The notes below the pieces were generated by a model, which was given only the letters and a program-made list of their open reading frames with translations, did no database searches and was not told where the DNA came from. This document shows positions 26,388 through 35,452 of a DNA stretch of 64,000 bases, one piece after another. The stretch is from Clostridiales bacterium (GTDB lineage: Bacteria; Bacillota; Desulfotomaculia; Desulfotomaculales; VENG01). Every line of letters starts with the position of its first letter. Position 1 is the stretch's first letter. Location of the stretch: the NCBI GenBank assembly GCA_016278505.1, contig JADQBQ010000005.1, positions 36,771-100,770 on the forward strand. Direction: 5' to 3'. Both the position numbers and the translations under genes were made by a program.

Positions 26388-26867
26388 ATGAAACCCGTAA
26401 GATTAAACGACATTGCAGAACATTTGGATTGCATTATGGATGGCTGGAAGATGTACTATAACAAGAAAACCGGCAAAATTACAGAGGTACAAGTTGAATA
26501 CTTAGGTATTGCCGAGGAGTCAGAAGAAGAGGACGATTTTAGTGGATATGATCAATGGGAGCAGGAAGCAATCAAAGAAGCCATTGACATCATAGAAAAT
26601 GAGGATGATTATATTAGGCTGCCAGACGAATATGACATCCATGAATACAGCATTATGCAGGATTTTTGTTACTCGATAGAGGATGAACAGCTAAATAACA
26701 AGCTATGTAACGCTATATCCGGCAGGGGTGCATTTAGGCGATTTAAAGATGCAATGATACGGTACGATTTGGAAGATAGCTGGTATGCCTATAAGTACCA
26801 ATCATTACGCAAAATAGTGCAGGATTGGTGCAAATTTAATAATATACCTTGGATACCCGGTACTTAA
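26388..26867 (+). CDS. UPF0158-family protein
   Basis: The acidic middle region and the C-terminal GRGAFRRFKD......W..Y are typical of UPF0158. SD gagg precedes the ATG at 26388. Confidence 0.55.
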   Translation: MKPVRLNDIAEHLDCIMDGWKMYYNKKTGKITEVQVEYLGIAEESEEEDDFSGYDQWEQEAIKEAIDIIENEDDYIRLPDEYDIHEYSIMQDFCYSIEDEQLNNKLCNAISGRGAFRRFKDAMIRYDLEDSWYAYKYQSLRKIVQDWCKFNNIPWIPGT

Positions 26868-26880
26868 AGATTCGTGGAGC

Positions 26881-26919
26881 AAATGCTAACCAATTTTAAA
26901 AAATTGGTTAGCATTTTTT
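26881..26919 (+). terminator. intrinsic terminator
   Basis: aatgctaaccaatt / aattggttagcatt stem followed by a T-run. Confidence 0.8.
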
Positions 26920-26977
26920 GTTTTTTCCATTTACAACTTTGCATGATTAGTGTAAAAATACACAGTTCAATGAAAAA

Positions 26978-27091
26978 ATGCCCTGTACAACTGTATTGCT
27001 ATCTATTACTTCAGCCTGCCCATATAATTGCAGTTACTGTTACCAGAAACTTGACCGGGGCAGGGATATGGCAATCATAACCCTTTTTTAA
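26978..27091 (+). pseudogene. 5' fragment of a radical SAM gene
   Basis: MPCTTVLLSITSACPYNCSYCYQKLDRGRD carries the CxxxCxxC cluster motif. The frame stops after 37 codons, about 85 nt before the IS256 end. Confidence 0.5.
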
Positions 27092-27176
27092 TTTTGTCGG
27101 TCATATAACTTGGCAAAACACCAATCAAAGGTGTAATTTGTTATGAGCGAAATCCTTAAAGATGGGAGTATGCAGA

Positions 27177-28662
27177 GTTTTGTGTAAATGGCTTCTTACC
27201 TTAAGTAATGGTTAAGCTATAAATGGCTCTTACCCGCAGGAGGGTACGGCTCTGCTGGAGAGCAACCGGAGCGCCTGACGGGGTTCTGCCGGGGGTAAGT
27301 AGGGGTACAAAAACAGTGCCCCCTTATCCTTTTAAATATACTTACCCTTGAGGAGAACAAGGCGTTAAACTCTTGGGGCTTCGCCCCAATAAAGGGAATT
27401 ATATAGCCAGTTCTGCTTTAAGCCTATCGGCAAAGTATATCCCAATCTGTGAAGCACATTCTTTCCAATCTCTTATAGGTATAGTCCACTTTTTAGCTAC
27501 TTCAACAGTTGCCAGATAGATTATTTTCCGAAGGGCATCATCAGTTGGGTATGTTGTCTTAGTCTTAGTTACTTTCCGCAACTGACGGTGGTAACCTTCA
27601 ATGATGTTGGTCGTATATATTGTCTTACGCATGGCATAAGGGTACTTAAAATATGCAGTTAATTCAACCCAGTTTGTCTCCCAGGATCGGATGATTATTG
27701 GGTGCTTCTTACCCCATTTTTCCTTAAACATTTCAAAGGCAAACTCGGCCTCTTCTATGGTTAACGCCTGGTATACTTGCTTAAGATCAGCTATTAATTC
27801 TTTACGTTCTTTGTGAGGGACATATTTTAAAGAGTTTCTGATTTGATGAACAATGCATAGCTGGATCTCTGTATTGGGAAATACGCTGTTAATGGCCTCA
27901 GAGAACCCGGAGAGCCCGTCTTTACAGGCAATCAGAATATCCTCAACACCTCTGTTCTTAAGGTCATTGCATACACCAAGCCAGAAACTGGCGCTTTCAT
28001 TCTCACCAATCCAGATGCCTAATATGTCCTTATGGCCGTCCATATTTACAGCTAGCACGCTATAGGCAGCTTTGTTTATGATCCGGTTTTCCTTGCGTAC
28101 CTTGAAGTGTATGGCATCTAAAAAAATGATTGGATAAACACGGTCTAGCGGCCGTGACTGCCACTCAGAAATCATGGGCATGATCTTATCGGTCACTTTA
28201 CTGACCATGGTGGGGGATACATCAATACCGTAGATGTTCCGCATGTGGTCTTCGATATCACGAGTGGACATGCCTTTGGCATACATGGCTATGATCTGGT
28301 CTTCTAGCTGGTTTGAAGTAGTCTCATACTTCTTGATAATCTGAGGCTCAAACTCTGCATTACGGTCTCGAGGTAGCCTCAGCTCTGTTTTACCAAGCCT
28401 GGTTTGGATAGTTTTCTGGCTATAGCCATTACGGCTGTTACCGGTATTGTTGCCTTCAACATTGTGTTTCTGATAGCCAAGATGGTTTTCTATTTCACCC
28501 TCGAATATTTCTTGCAGGGTGTCCTTAAACAAGCCTTTGAGCATTTCATGTACGTCATCAACTGTGCGGCATTCTTGTGCCAGTTCCTTGATTGTTTTGT
28601 CCTTCACGTTTTGCATAAATGGTCAGCTCCTTTATTGGTAGTTATAACCATTTACACAAAAC
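27177..28662 (-). mobile_element. IS256-family insertion sequence (~1.49 kb)
   Basis: Terminal inverted repeats gttttgtgtaaatgg (27177-27191) and ccatttacacaaaac (28648-28662) flank the transposase gene. Confidence 0.8.
27399..28616 (-). CDS. IS256-family (mutator-type) transposase
   Basis: 405 aa with the typical IS256 motifs PRDR...FEP.I..K, YPIIFLDAIHFKVR and C.VHQIRNS. Confidence 0.9.
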   Translation of the reverse strand: MQNVKDKTIKELAQECRTVDDVHEMLKGLFKDTLQEIFEGEIENHLGYQKHNVEGNNTGNSRNGYSQKTIQTRLGKTELRLPRDRNAEFEPQIIKKYETTSNQLEDQIIAMYAKGMSTRDIEDHMRNIYGIDVSPTMVSKVTDKIMPMISEWQSRPLDRVYPIIFLDAIHFKVRKENRIINKAAYSVLAVNMDGHKDILGIWIGENESASFWLGVCNDLKNRGVEDILIACKDGLSGFSEAINSVFPNTEIQLCIVHQIRNSLKYVPHKERKELIADLKQVYQALTIEEAEFAFEMFKEKWGKKHPIIIRSWETNWVELTAYFKYPYAMRKTIYTTNIIEGYHRQLRKVTKTKTTYPTDDALRKIIYLATVEVAKKWTIPIRDWKECASQIGIYFADRLKAELAI

Positions 28663-28665
28663 GAA

Positions 28666-29334
28666 TTACGTTCTCTTAAAGATTTTCTTAGCGCGACTAA
28701 CTCGTTTCCTAAATTTAACATTACTTTCACGTTCACCTAATATCGCGGCCATTTCCGCTGTTGTGAATCCTTGATAAACTAGTCCAATAATTTCCGAATA
28801 TTGCGGTTTTACTTCGTGAAATTCTCTCATAACTTGTTTTACAGTTTTGCTTGTTGTAATTATGTCCTCAATATCTGTTTGACTTGCTAACGTGTCGCCA
28901 AGAGTTTTAATTGTTTCTTCTTTATTATTAATTAGACGGTCTAACGAATCATTGCGGGCTTTATCGTAACGGATTCCGTCTTTATCTTCGTTATTTCCTC
29001 TAACGCGATATTGCCGCCAAACGTTAGGTCTATATCGTTTTTGAAGGAAATAATAAAATCTTTGAATGAAGTTGCTTTGTCCGTTGAATTCTTTGGCGGC
29101 AGTCCAGACAGCCATCGAAAATGCACTTTCAAAATCTTTAACAGGTATTGTTAAACCATATTGCGCTGCTTTGAAGGTTTCTTTTCGGGCTTCGTTGGTA
29201 ACCAAGGGTTTCATCTCGGCGAACAGGTCGGTAAACACTTCTTCGCCCCCATTAGTAGCAAACTCTAACGCCAATTCATTGATCTTTTGGTTATCCAATT
29301 GATTAACATGTCCATATTCCATTGTGAAAAACAA
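28666..29334 (-). CDS. sigma-70-like factor of mobile-element/phage type (tentative)
   Basis: A region-2-like block (AVWTAAKEFNGQSNFIQRFYYFLQKRY) and a C-terminal HTH (FTTAEMAAILGERESNVKFRKRVSRAKK). The likely start is the ATG at 29320. Confidence 0.5.
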   Translation of the reverse strand: MFFTMEYGHVNQLDNQKINELALEFATNGGEEVFTDLFAEMKPLVTNEARKETFKAAQYGLTIPVKDFESAFSMAVWTAAKEFNGQSNFIQRFYYFLQKRYRPNVWRQYRVRGNNEDKDGIRYDKARNDSLDRLINNKEETIKTLGDTLASQTDIEDIITTSKTVKQVMREFHEVKPQYSEIIGLVYQGFTTAEMAAILGERESNVKFRKRVSRAKKIFKRT

Positions 29335-29875
29335 CCCCTTCTATGTTTGGTGAGTTCTAACGGTTCATGCCGTTGGAAATCTGGGGTTGTGACGTCACAA
29401 GGAAAAATTTAGGAAATAATTAAAAAGGGAAACGAATTCGTTTGATTGTGGGCATAGAGAAACCAGCCTTGCCCTACGATAACAAAGCAAGGAAACGGTT
29501 TCGTTTTATAAAAGTAAAAAATCCCATTATCCATAAGAGCGGTAAAAGTCCATTCCCGATGTGAAAAGTTTTTTTATGGCGCCAAAGTAACGAAAACGTT
29601 TGCCCCTTTGAAAGTTGCGACGGGAAAAGTTAACAAATGGTTCCAGATTTTAGCAAAAACTTGGAACTATTTGTTAACTTCGTAAACCATTTTTATAAGT
29701 TGTCGGACCCGACCGAACATTTAAACCCGAAGAAGGGTTACAAAATAGAATTGGATTGTTTTCGCCGTTAGCCATTTTATCAACCCCCAAAAATTTTGAT
29801 TTAAAGACGTCTCGGGGTTCCCGTCTTTGAAAAAGAATGCCGTTTTAAAACCCCAAACCGTGACTTGTAATAAAT

Positions 29876-29900
29876 AGAAAAGACGCCCGAAGGCGTCTTT
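29876..29900 (-). terminator. intrinsic terminator, AAGACGCC hairpin family
   Basis: agacgcc-cgaa-ggcgtct stem with a U-run on the minus strand, directly after the stop at 29914. Confidence 0.7.
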
Positions 29901-29913
29901 AATTTAAAGCGTT

Positions 29914-30579
29914 TTAGGGTGTAATTTTAAGATGAACGGTTTCTTTATAATTTGGGTAAACAACATAAGACTTAACCCAATTGTCCGGGGAATCCTCTCG
30001 ACCGGACGGTTTGGTTTCTTCATAAACATTACCTTCGCTGTCAAAGTGAGAATAAACCGAAGTTGTTCCAACAAGGAATTCTTCAATCTTGTTATAATTT
30101 GAATAACAACTAGTAACCGGACCGTTTTGCCCAATAACTAAGGTTGTCATTCCACGAATTACTTGGCCAACTCCGTCCCACCTTAAGCCTGAAACATTAA
30201 AACGTTCTTCAATAATTTGCATCCCGTCCACAACAGCCCGGCAATAAAGTTCGTTATCGTTGGTTGCAAGGGTCATTTCAACATATTCACCCGACGCAAT
30301 TTGGATATTAGCGGCGTCAATATAACCCCAAAAACCGGGATAACTTACATAGAAAAGCCAAAATTGGTCGCAATTTGCGCAAGCGCCCGGTGCGTAAGCT
30401 ATACCAAATTCACAATCAACTTGTGCGGTTTCGCTAGAAACCCCAAGGTAATTATACGCGGCATGGCCAGCTGAAAGGTTTAAATCACTTAAAGTTGGTA
30501 AAGTAACTCTTAAACCGCCTTTCCTATAACCTTCATACGTCTTACGCCTTCTTATTGCTTCATAAAGGTTTGACGACAA
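29914..30579 (-). CDS. hypothetical protein (beta-rich, no family recognised)
   Basis: 221 aa with SD aggagg. It is flanked by the repeated intergenic cassette. Confidence 0.5.
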   Translation of the reverse strand: MSSNLYEAIRRRKTYEGYRKGGLRVTLPTLSDLNLSAGHAAYNYLGVSSETAQVDCEFGIAYAPGACANCDQFWLFYVSYPGFWGYIDAANIQIASGEYVEMTLATNDNELYCRAVVDGMQIIEERFNVSGLRWDGVGQVIRGMTTLVIGQNGPVTSCYSNYNKIEEFLVGTTSVYSHFDSEGNVYEETKPSGREDSPDNWVKSYVVYPNYKETVHLKITP

Positions 30580-30687
30580 AATATCTACCTCCTAAAGTTA
30601 TTTTGAAAGACATTGGCCCGGACCGTTAACGTCTTTCAGTAAAGAATGCCGCTAGATATTCCGTAAATGTGACGTAGTAAAATAAAA

Positions 30688-30707
30688 AAGACGCCCGAAG
30701 GCGTCTT
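30688..30707 (-). terminator. intrinsic terminator, identical AAGACGCC hairpin
   Basis: aagacgcc-cgaa-ggcgtctt with a U-run on the minus strand. It overlaps the stop codon at 30706. Confidence 0.75.
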
Positions 30708-30912
30708 AATCGTTCTCTTTTGATTCTCCGTAAACCCGTTTCATTGCGCTTACAGTAATAAGCCAGGTCTTCCCGCTTTTCCGAACTTCCTTCCCTTCCT
30801 CAAATCGGCCCCGGTGTATCGCGCTTCGAAGGGTCGATTCTCCTAGTCCCCATTTTTCAGCGGCTTCGGCGAATGTCAGAACTTCATATAGTGCTTTTGG
30901 TCTTGGTCCCAT
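30706..30912 (-). CDS. small helix-turn-helix DNA-binding protein
   Basis: 68 aa (TFAEAAEKWGLGESTLRSAI.RGRF...RKSGKTWLI). It is a paralog of 33444..33665. Confidence 0.55.
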   Translation of the reverse strand: MGPRPKALYEVLTFAEAAEKWGLGESTLRSAIHRGRFEEGKEVRKSGKTWLITVSAMKRVYGESKEND

Positions 30913-30986
30913 TGTTCCTTTTTCCTCTTAATCCGTTTCTTATCTCTATATTATATGCCGTTAAGCCCCGAAGTCCTTCGTAATAA

Positions 30987-31436
30987 TTACCGTCTAAAGG
31001 TTTGTATTACAAGTTGACTTTCAAAAAACCATTCTTCATATTCTTTTAAGAACTGGTAATTAAGTTCCCGAACTTTCAATTGTTCTTTGTTGGTAGTCGT
31101 TTCCTTATTCCGGTTTTCCGGGTCAAATGCTTTTGCGGTCGGGAAGTTCCAGCCCGGGATTTTGGCCCCTTTGTCTTTATTTTCTTCGTACCAATCAATT
31201 AATTCTTGGGACGGTTTAACCGGCGGTTCCCCGTAAACGCGCCCGTCTTCGTCGTTAAATAGTGCTTCGCCAACGTAAACATCCGGTTGTTCGCCGTTTT
31301 GCCATTTTTCAACTTGTTCTCCCGTTAAGTATACCCGCTTGGGTTCCGTGGAATAATCGCCAACCGGTGGCTTGGGATAAACTGAATAATCCCAATGGTA
31401 TTTAAAGTAAGACTCTTTTAACGTTACTTCTTGTCG
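30987..31436 (-). pseudogene. 149-codon open frame without a usable start codon
   Basis: Read from the DNA as RQEVTLKESYFKYHWDYSVYPKPPVGDY...EEWFFESQLVIQTFRR*. The first ATG/GTG/TTG is only ~27 codons before the stop. The frame overlaps the 3' end of the upstream ORF in another frame. Confidence 0.4.
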
Positions 31437-31676
31437 TCAAGAGCTTGGTCAACTTCTTCTTCCGATATACCTCGTTCATACCAAAATTCATGTGCCTTTA
31501 CCCCGTCAAGAATCTTTTGCAGTTCCGCCGGGACCGGTTTTGATTCATTCTGAACGACGGCGGGCTTGTCCTTTAGTGCGTCGGCTTCGGTCCGGTTATT
31601 TTCTGTAATACTGTAACCGACCGCGCCGCCAACAATTAAAGTCGCAATGCCCAACCCGGCAATGGTCTTTTTCCAT
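31424..31676 (-). pseudogene. membrane-anchored small protein with apparent 1-nt frameshift after the start codon
   Basis: The ATG at 31676 has a well-spaced SD (gggagg-7 nt) but is out of frame. Removing the g after the ATG gives MKKTIAGLGIATLIVGG..., which joins the long ORF. Confidence 0.4.
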
Positions 31677-31678
31677 TG

Positions 31679-32245
31679 CTATTCCTCCCATTCCTTATTT
31701 TCTAAAATTGATTCATAAGTTCGTGAATAATCAATAATCTTCTTTCTCTCGGGTTCAATTTCCGCTAATACATTTTCAATATAGTCTTGGTTTATTTCAA
31801 AAGGCGGTTCCCCTTTAAGCCTTAAAGCTTCTAATATCGTTATATATGCTTGGTCAATATCCCAAAGTGCCGAAGAATGCAACTCCCGGGGAACGTAAGA
31901 ACTGTAAGACTTTGTTTGTAAAAGATATTCACCTACAATTTTATGGAATTGAATATAACTCCCATAAATACTAAACCTCATTTTGTCGTACCAAACAACG
32001 GGATTATCCATATTATTAAAGTCGGTATCTTCTAATCCGCCCAATCTTGTTCTAGTATTTTCCAATATTAACGCAAGACCAATCGCCTCTTTTTCAGTTG
32101 TTGGCGGCGCTTCAATCTTTTCCGTTTGGGGAAACGGTTCTTTATCCGTTACCATATTTGACCCGGGACCGGGTTCTTGGCCTTGGGCCACGCAACCTGC
32201 AAATAATAGCGCCGATAGCGAAACCGTTGCAATTAATCGTTTAAT
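31679..32245 (-). CDS. lipoprotein, possibly ATT-initiated or 5'-damaged
   Basis: The frame is open to 32263 and encodes IKRLIATVSLSALLFAGC (lipobox). It has no ATG/GTG/TTG upstream of the signal peptide. An ATT at 32245 sits 8 nt after ggaaggggg. Confidence 0.4.
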   Translation of the reverse strand: MKRLIATVSLSALLFAGCVAQGQEPGPGSNMVTDKEPFPQTEKIEAPPTTEKEAIGLALILENTRTRLGGLEDTDFNNMDNPVVWYDKMRFSIYGSYIQFHKIVGEYLLQTKSYSSYVPRELHSSALWDIDQAYITILEALRLKGEPPFEINQDYIENVLAEIEPERKKIIDYSRTYESILENKEWEE

Positions 32246-32433
32246 ACAACCAACCCCCTTCCTTTAAAAAATTAGACTTAACAAACGTCGTCGAAGTTCC
32301 TTGCAACGTTTCCATTATCGTAACACAACGAATGCGTTGCGGTAAAGCATAAAAAAACCGGGTAGAAATCCCGGTTTCTGTCATAATTTTTTTACCTTAA
32401 AACTAGAACATCCAACTAACTACTTATCTGGGC

Positions 32434-33013
32434 ATGGTGGACAAGATTTTGCTTGATGCCGCTCATGATGCCGGACCCATCTATGAACTCTTACTTAAAC
32501 AAAATATCGAGCCATTTATCGACCTCAATGTGCGCGGCACAAAAGAACCTGAAAACCGACGGTGATATTCAGATTTCGCCCGAAGGTATCCCGATTTGTC
32601 CCACCGGAAAGAAGATGAAGCGTAACGGCTTCGACCATTCCCAGAAACGGCATAAGTGGAAATGTCCGATGATGAAGAAGCGGACTACGAACACCTGCCC
32701 CAAACCATGTTCGACCGCTAAATTCAGTAGGCCGTTCCATACCTACAGTAAAGACAACCCTCGACTGTTCCCGGATACACCAAGGGATTAGGAAAAGTGG
32801 AAAACATTTATAAGCAACGTACTACCGTTGTAGCGTACTAATAAACGAGAGAAGGTTGATTATAAGCTGGAAGCCGGTCGGCACCGTTCTACTAAAATGT
32901 GGTACATATGTATTTACGGTATTATGATGTGTCAGCATATGGATGCCTGGTATTTGCACCAGAAAGCAGCTCTAAAAGTCTTAAAACAACTTATTTTCTC
33001 ACAGACCGCTTAA
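32434..33013 (+). pseudogene. DDE transposase C-terminal remnant (IS4/IS1182-like), frameshifted with in-frame stops
   Basis: LDAAHDAGPIYELLLKQNIEPFID is in one frame, then CPTGKKMKRNG...KWKCP... in another. Stops interrupt ...EKWKTFISN.. and ..RSTKMWYICIYGIMMCQHMDAW. Confidence 0.55.
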
Positions 33014-33443
33014 CTCAACCCTGAAGGTTATTTTTTAATAGAAGCCGTTAGGCTTTTTGGGCATGTCCTTTTTTAGGTACATCATAATGGTTAAGTTTTT
33101 TAAGTCCAGCACATCCATAATTCCCAGTTGTTTTATACCAAATTTAACGATTCCCCCCATCTAATACCGAGAGTCTATTTACTTATTGAAACGGCGGCCC
33201 GGGGAATTAACCATTCCCGTCGTTCCTAAAATTTCATGCCGTTTATAGTCATCTTGTGTGACGGTAGAATTAAAAAAAGACACCCAAAATCCCAGTGTCT
33301 TTTGACATTTAACATTCAATTTTAGTATCTAAAAATAAAAACGTCTTTGATTGACGTCTTTAAGCTATAAAATGACTAATATTGTCGAATGCCTTGCATT
33401 AAAAAAAAACTTTAAAATTATAAGTACGGTTATATTTTATGTT

Positions 33444-33665
33444 TTAGTAGCCTTTGTTATCAGGGTCTACTTTTGGTGGCCCATAATGTTCTTCCATAAC
33501 GTCATAAGGAATTAACCATGTTCGGCCCGATTTACGAACTTCGATCCCTTCGGGAAACTTACCGCGAAATATCGCCCCGCGTAAAGTCGATTCGCCTAAT
33601 TTCCACATTTGCGCGGCTTCCTTAAGGGTCAATATTTTTTTAAGGGCTTCTTTTGTGTTGAACAT
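33444..33665 (-). CDS. small helix-turn-helix DNA-binding protein (paralog of 30706..30912)
   Basis: 73 aa (TLKEAAQMWKLGESTLRGAIFRGKF...RKSGRTWLI). Confidence 0.55.
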   Translation of the reverse strand: MFNTKEALKKILTLKEAAQMWKLGESTLRGAIFRGKFPEGIEVRKSGRTWLIPYDVMEEHYGPPKVDPDNKGY

Positions 33666-33803
33666 TAAACGTTTTAGGTCCTCCTTTCATTTTTAACTAT
33701 TATATGTAAAAAACCTGGGCGGTTACGTCCGGGCTTGTATTTTAGTTTTAATACGTGAGATAGAGTTGCTGTTTTTTTAAATGTAAACCTCTCATTACCA
33801 AGG

Positions 33804-34663
33804 GGTGTCAGGGGGACGGGGTTATTGACACTCCTATGCTTTTAAAACAATACCCCTATTGATACCTGTAATCCTTTCTATTTGTCTAATTGATAAGCTA
33901 TATTCTTCTTTTAGTTCCTTCAAATATGTATTTCTTGTTAATCTATCAAGTTTATGTAAATGAGGTGTATCCTTTACTTTACATACTGTTTTAATTATAT
34001 TTCTTGCTTCTTCATCCATTATTCGATGCTTTTCTTCTATATCTAAACATTCATTATAATTCACTTTACTATTATATTGTATAAAACTCTTTGTTGCCTG
34101 TTCTTTATCACTGTTAAATAGTTCAAGAGCGAAATCTACATTAACTATTTTTGTTTTATTTACATATTCATTAAAGCTGCTCCATTTATATTGATCAATA
34201 CTTTTTACTAATCCGGCTTTAATTGGGTTTTGGTGTATATATCTCTGAACAATTAGAAAATATGTATCATCCTCTACCGGTTCACTTTTAAATCTGTCTT
34301 GAAATAGGTTTCCTACTCTTTGATATTTACAATTGTACCAATAAACATAGCTGCCGCATATCCTACACATCACTTGTTCCAGCGGTTCCTTATCGATTTT
34401 TAATAGCAGATGCACATGATTTCCCATCAAGCAGTATGCATAAATTTCATATTCGCTTTTTTCTTTATAACGCTGTATTGTGTGAATAAATTTTACACAA
34501 TCTTCTTCGTCTTCAAAAATGGTCTGCCGGTTTATTCCTCTCATCATTATATGGTATATCCCGCTTTCACTTTTCTCCCTAGCCTTTCTTGGCATAAATA
34601 CACCTCCAACCTATGCTACCTTAGACTGGAGATGGTTGTCAATAACCCCGTCCCCTTGACACC
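33804..34663 (-). mobile_element. RAYT / IS200-like Y1-transposase unit bounded by 27-bp inverted repeats
   Basis: ggtgtcagggggacggggttattgaca (33804-33830) is the reverse complement of tgtcaataaccccgtccccttgacacc (34637-34663) with 1 mismatch. Confidence 0.6.
33834..34595 (-). CDS. REP-associated tyrosine transposase-like (IS200/IS605 Y1 family)
   Basis: 253 aa with YHIMMRGINRQTIF...YCLMGNHVHLLL...YIHQNP, the HUH and Y1 signature regions. Confidence 0.8.
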   Translation of the reverse strand: MPRKAREKSESGIYHIMMRGINRQTIFEDEEDCVKFIHTIQRYKEKSEYEIYAYCLMGNHVHLLLKIDKEPLEQVMCRICGSYVYWYNCKYQRVGNLFQDRFKSEPVEDDTYFLIVQRYIHQNPIKAGLVKSIDQYKWSSFNEYVNKTKIVNVDFALELFNSDKEQATKSFIQYNSKVNYNECLDIEEKHRIMDEEARNIIKTVCKVKDTPHLHKLDRLTRNTYLKELKEEYSLSIRQIERITGINRGIVLKA

Positions 34664-34730
34664 TAAGTTGTCGCAAATTACATAATATGGTATAATGTCA
34701 TTAACCAGCTCTTAAAGGGGTGAAAAGCCC

Positions 34731-35063
34731 ATGATTTTTTTAAATTTTGCAGAAAGAAAAGCACTAAATGAGTTTTCTTTAAGGGTTAAAAATGCTCTAA
34801 GTGAAAATTTATTTGGTCTTAAGTTTTTCGGTTCGAAGTCAACCGGTAAATTTAATGATGAATCAGATATTGATGTACTCATAGTTGTCAGCAACAGAGA
34901 TGAAAACGTACTGGATACCATCAGTGATATTTTGTTGGATATAGAGCTGAAATACTCCTCTAACATTTCTCCAGTGGTACTCTCAACCGCAGAGTTCTTA
35001 AAGAATCAACAACATCAAACGTTGTTCTATCATGAGGTAACCCGTGACGGTGTAACATTATGA
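34731..35063 (+). CDS. MNT-type nucleotidyltransferase (antitoxin of HEPN/MNT module)
   Basis: 110 aa with the FGSKSTGKFNDESDIDVLIV motif. It has a 4-nt overlap with the HEPN ORF. Confidence 0.8.
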   Translation: MIFLNFAERKALNEFSLRVKNALSENLFGLKFFGSKSTGKFNDESDIDVLIVVSNRDENVLDTISDILLDIELKYSSNISPVVLSTAEFLKNQQHQTLFYHEVTRDGVTL

Positions 35064-35452
35064 TTAAGGATATGGACCTAGCCCAATACAGGATTCAAAA
35101 AGCATATAATCATCTCAAATCAGCAGAAATTCTTTTTAACGCTGGAATGTATAATGATTCTCAGGGCCGTTCTTATTATGCCATGTTTAACGCTGCCCGA
35201 GGACTTCTAGCCTTGAAACAACTTGACAGCAAAAAACATAGCGGTGTAATTTCTTTATTTAATCAACATTTCGTCAAGACCGGCATAGTTGATCGAACAG
35301 CTGGTAGGAACCTTAATAAGGCCAGAGTGAAAAGGGAATCATCTGACTATGCTGATTTCTATTTAGTCAGTAAAGAGGAATCGTATAACCAGTTAGAGAC
35401 TGCAAAAGAATTTGTGGAACTTATTAAATTAACGCTAGAAAAGATGAGTTAA
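35060..35452 (+). CDS. HEPN-domain protein (toxin of HEPN/MNT module)
   Basis: 130 aa helical protein with the region ...ARVKRESSDYADF. Translationally coupled to the MNT gene. Confidence 0.75.
   Translation: MIKDMDLAQYRIQKAYNHLKSAEILFNAGMYNDSQGRSYYAMFNAARGLLALKQLDSKKHSGVISLFNQHFVKTGIVDRTAGRNLNKARVKRESSDYADFYLVSKEESYNQLETAKEFVELIKLTLEKMS

Noticed and set aside
27225-27310. GC-rich, self-complementary stretch (cttacccgcaggagggtacgg...gccgggggtaagtaggggtac) considered as a tRNA-like gene or riboswitch.
   Set aside because: It lies inside the IS256 inverted repeats, between the left end and the transposase stop. It has no cloverleaf or recognisable riboswitch core, so it is most simply part of the IS.
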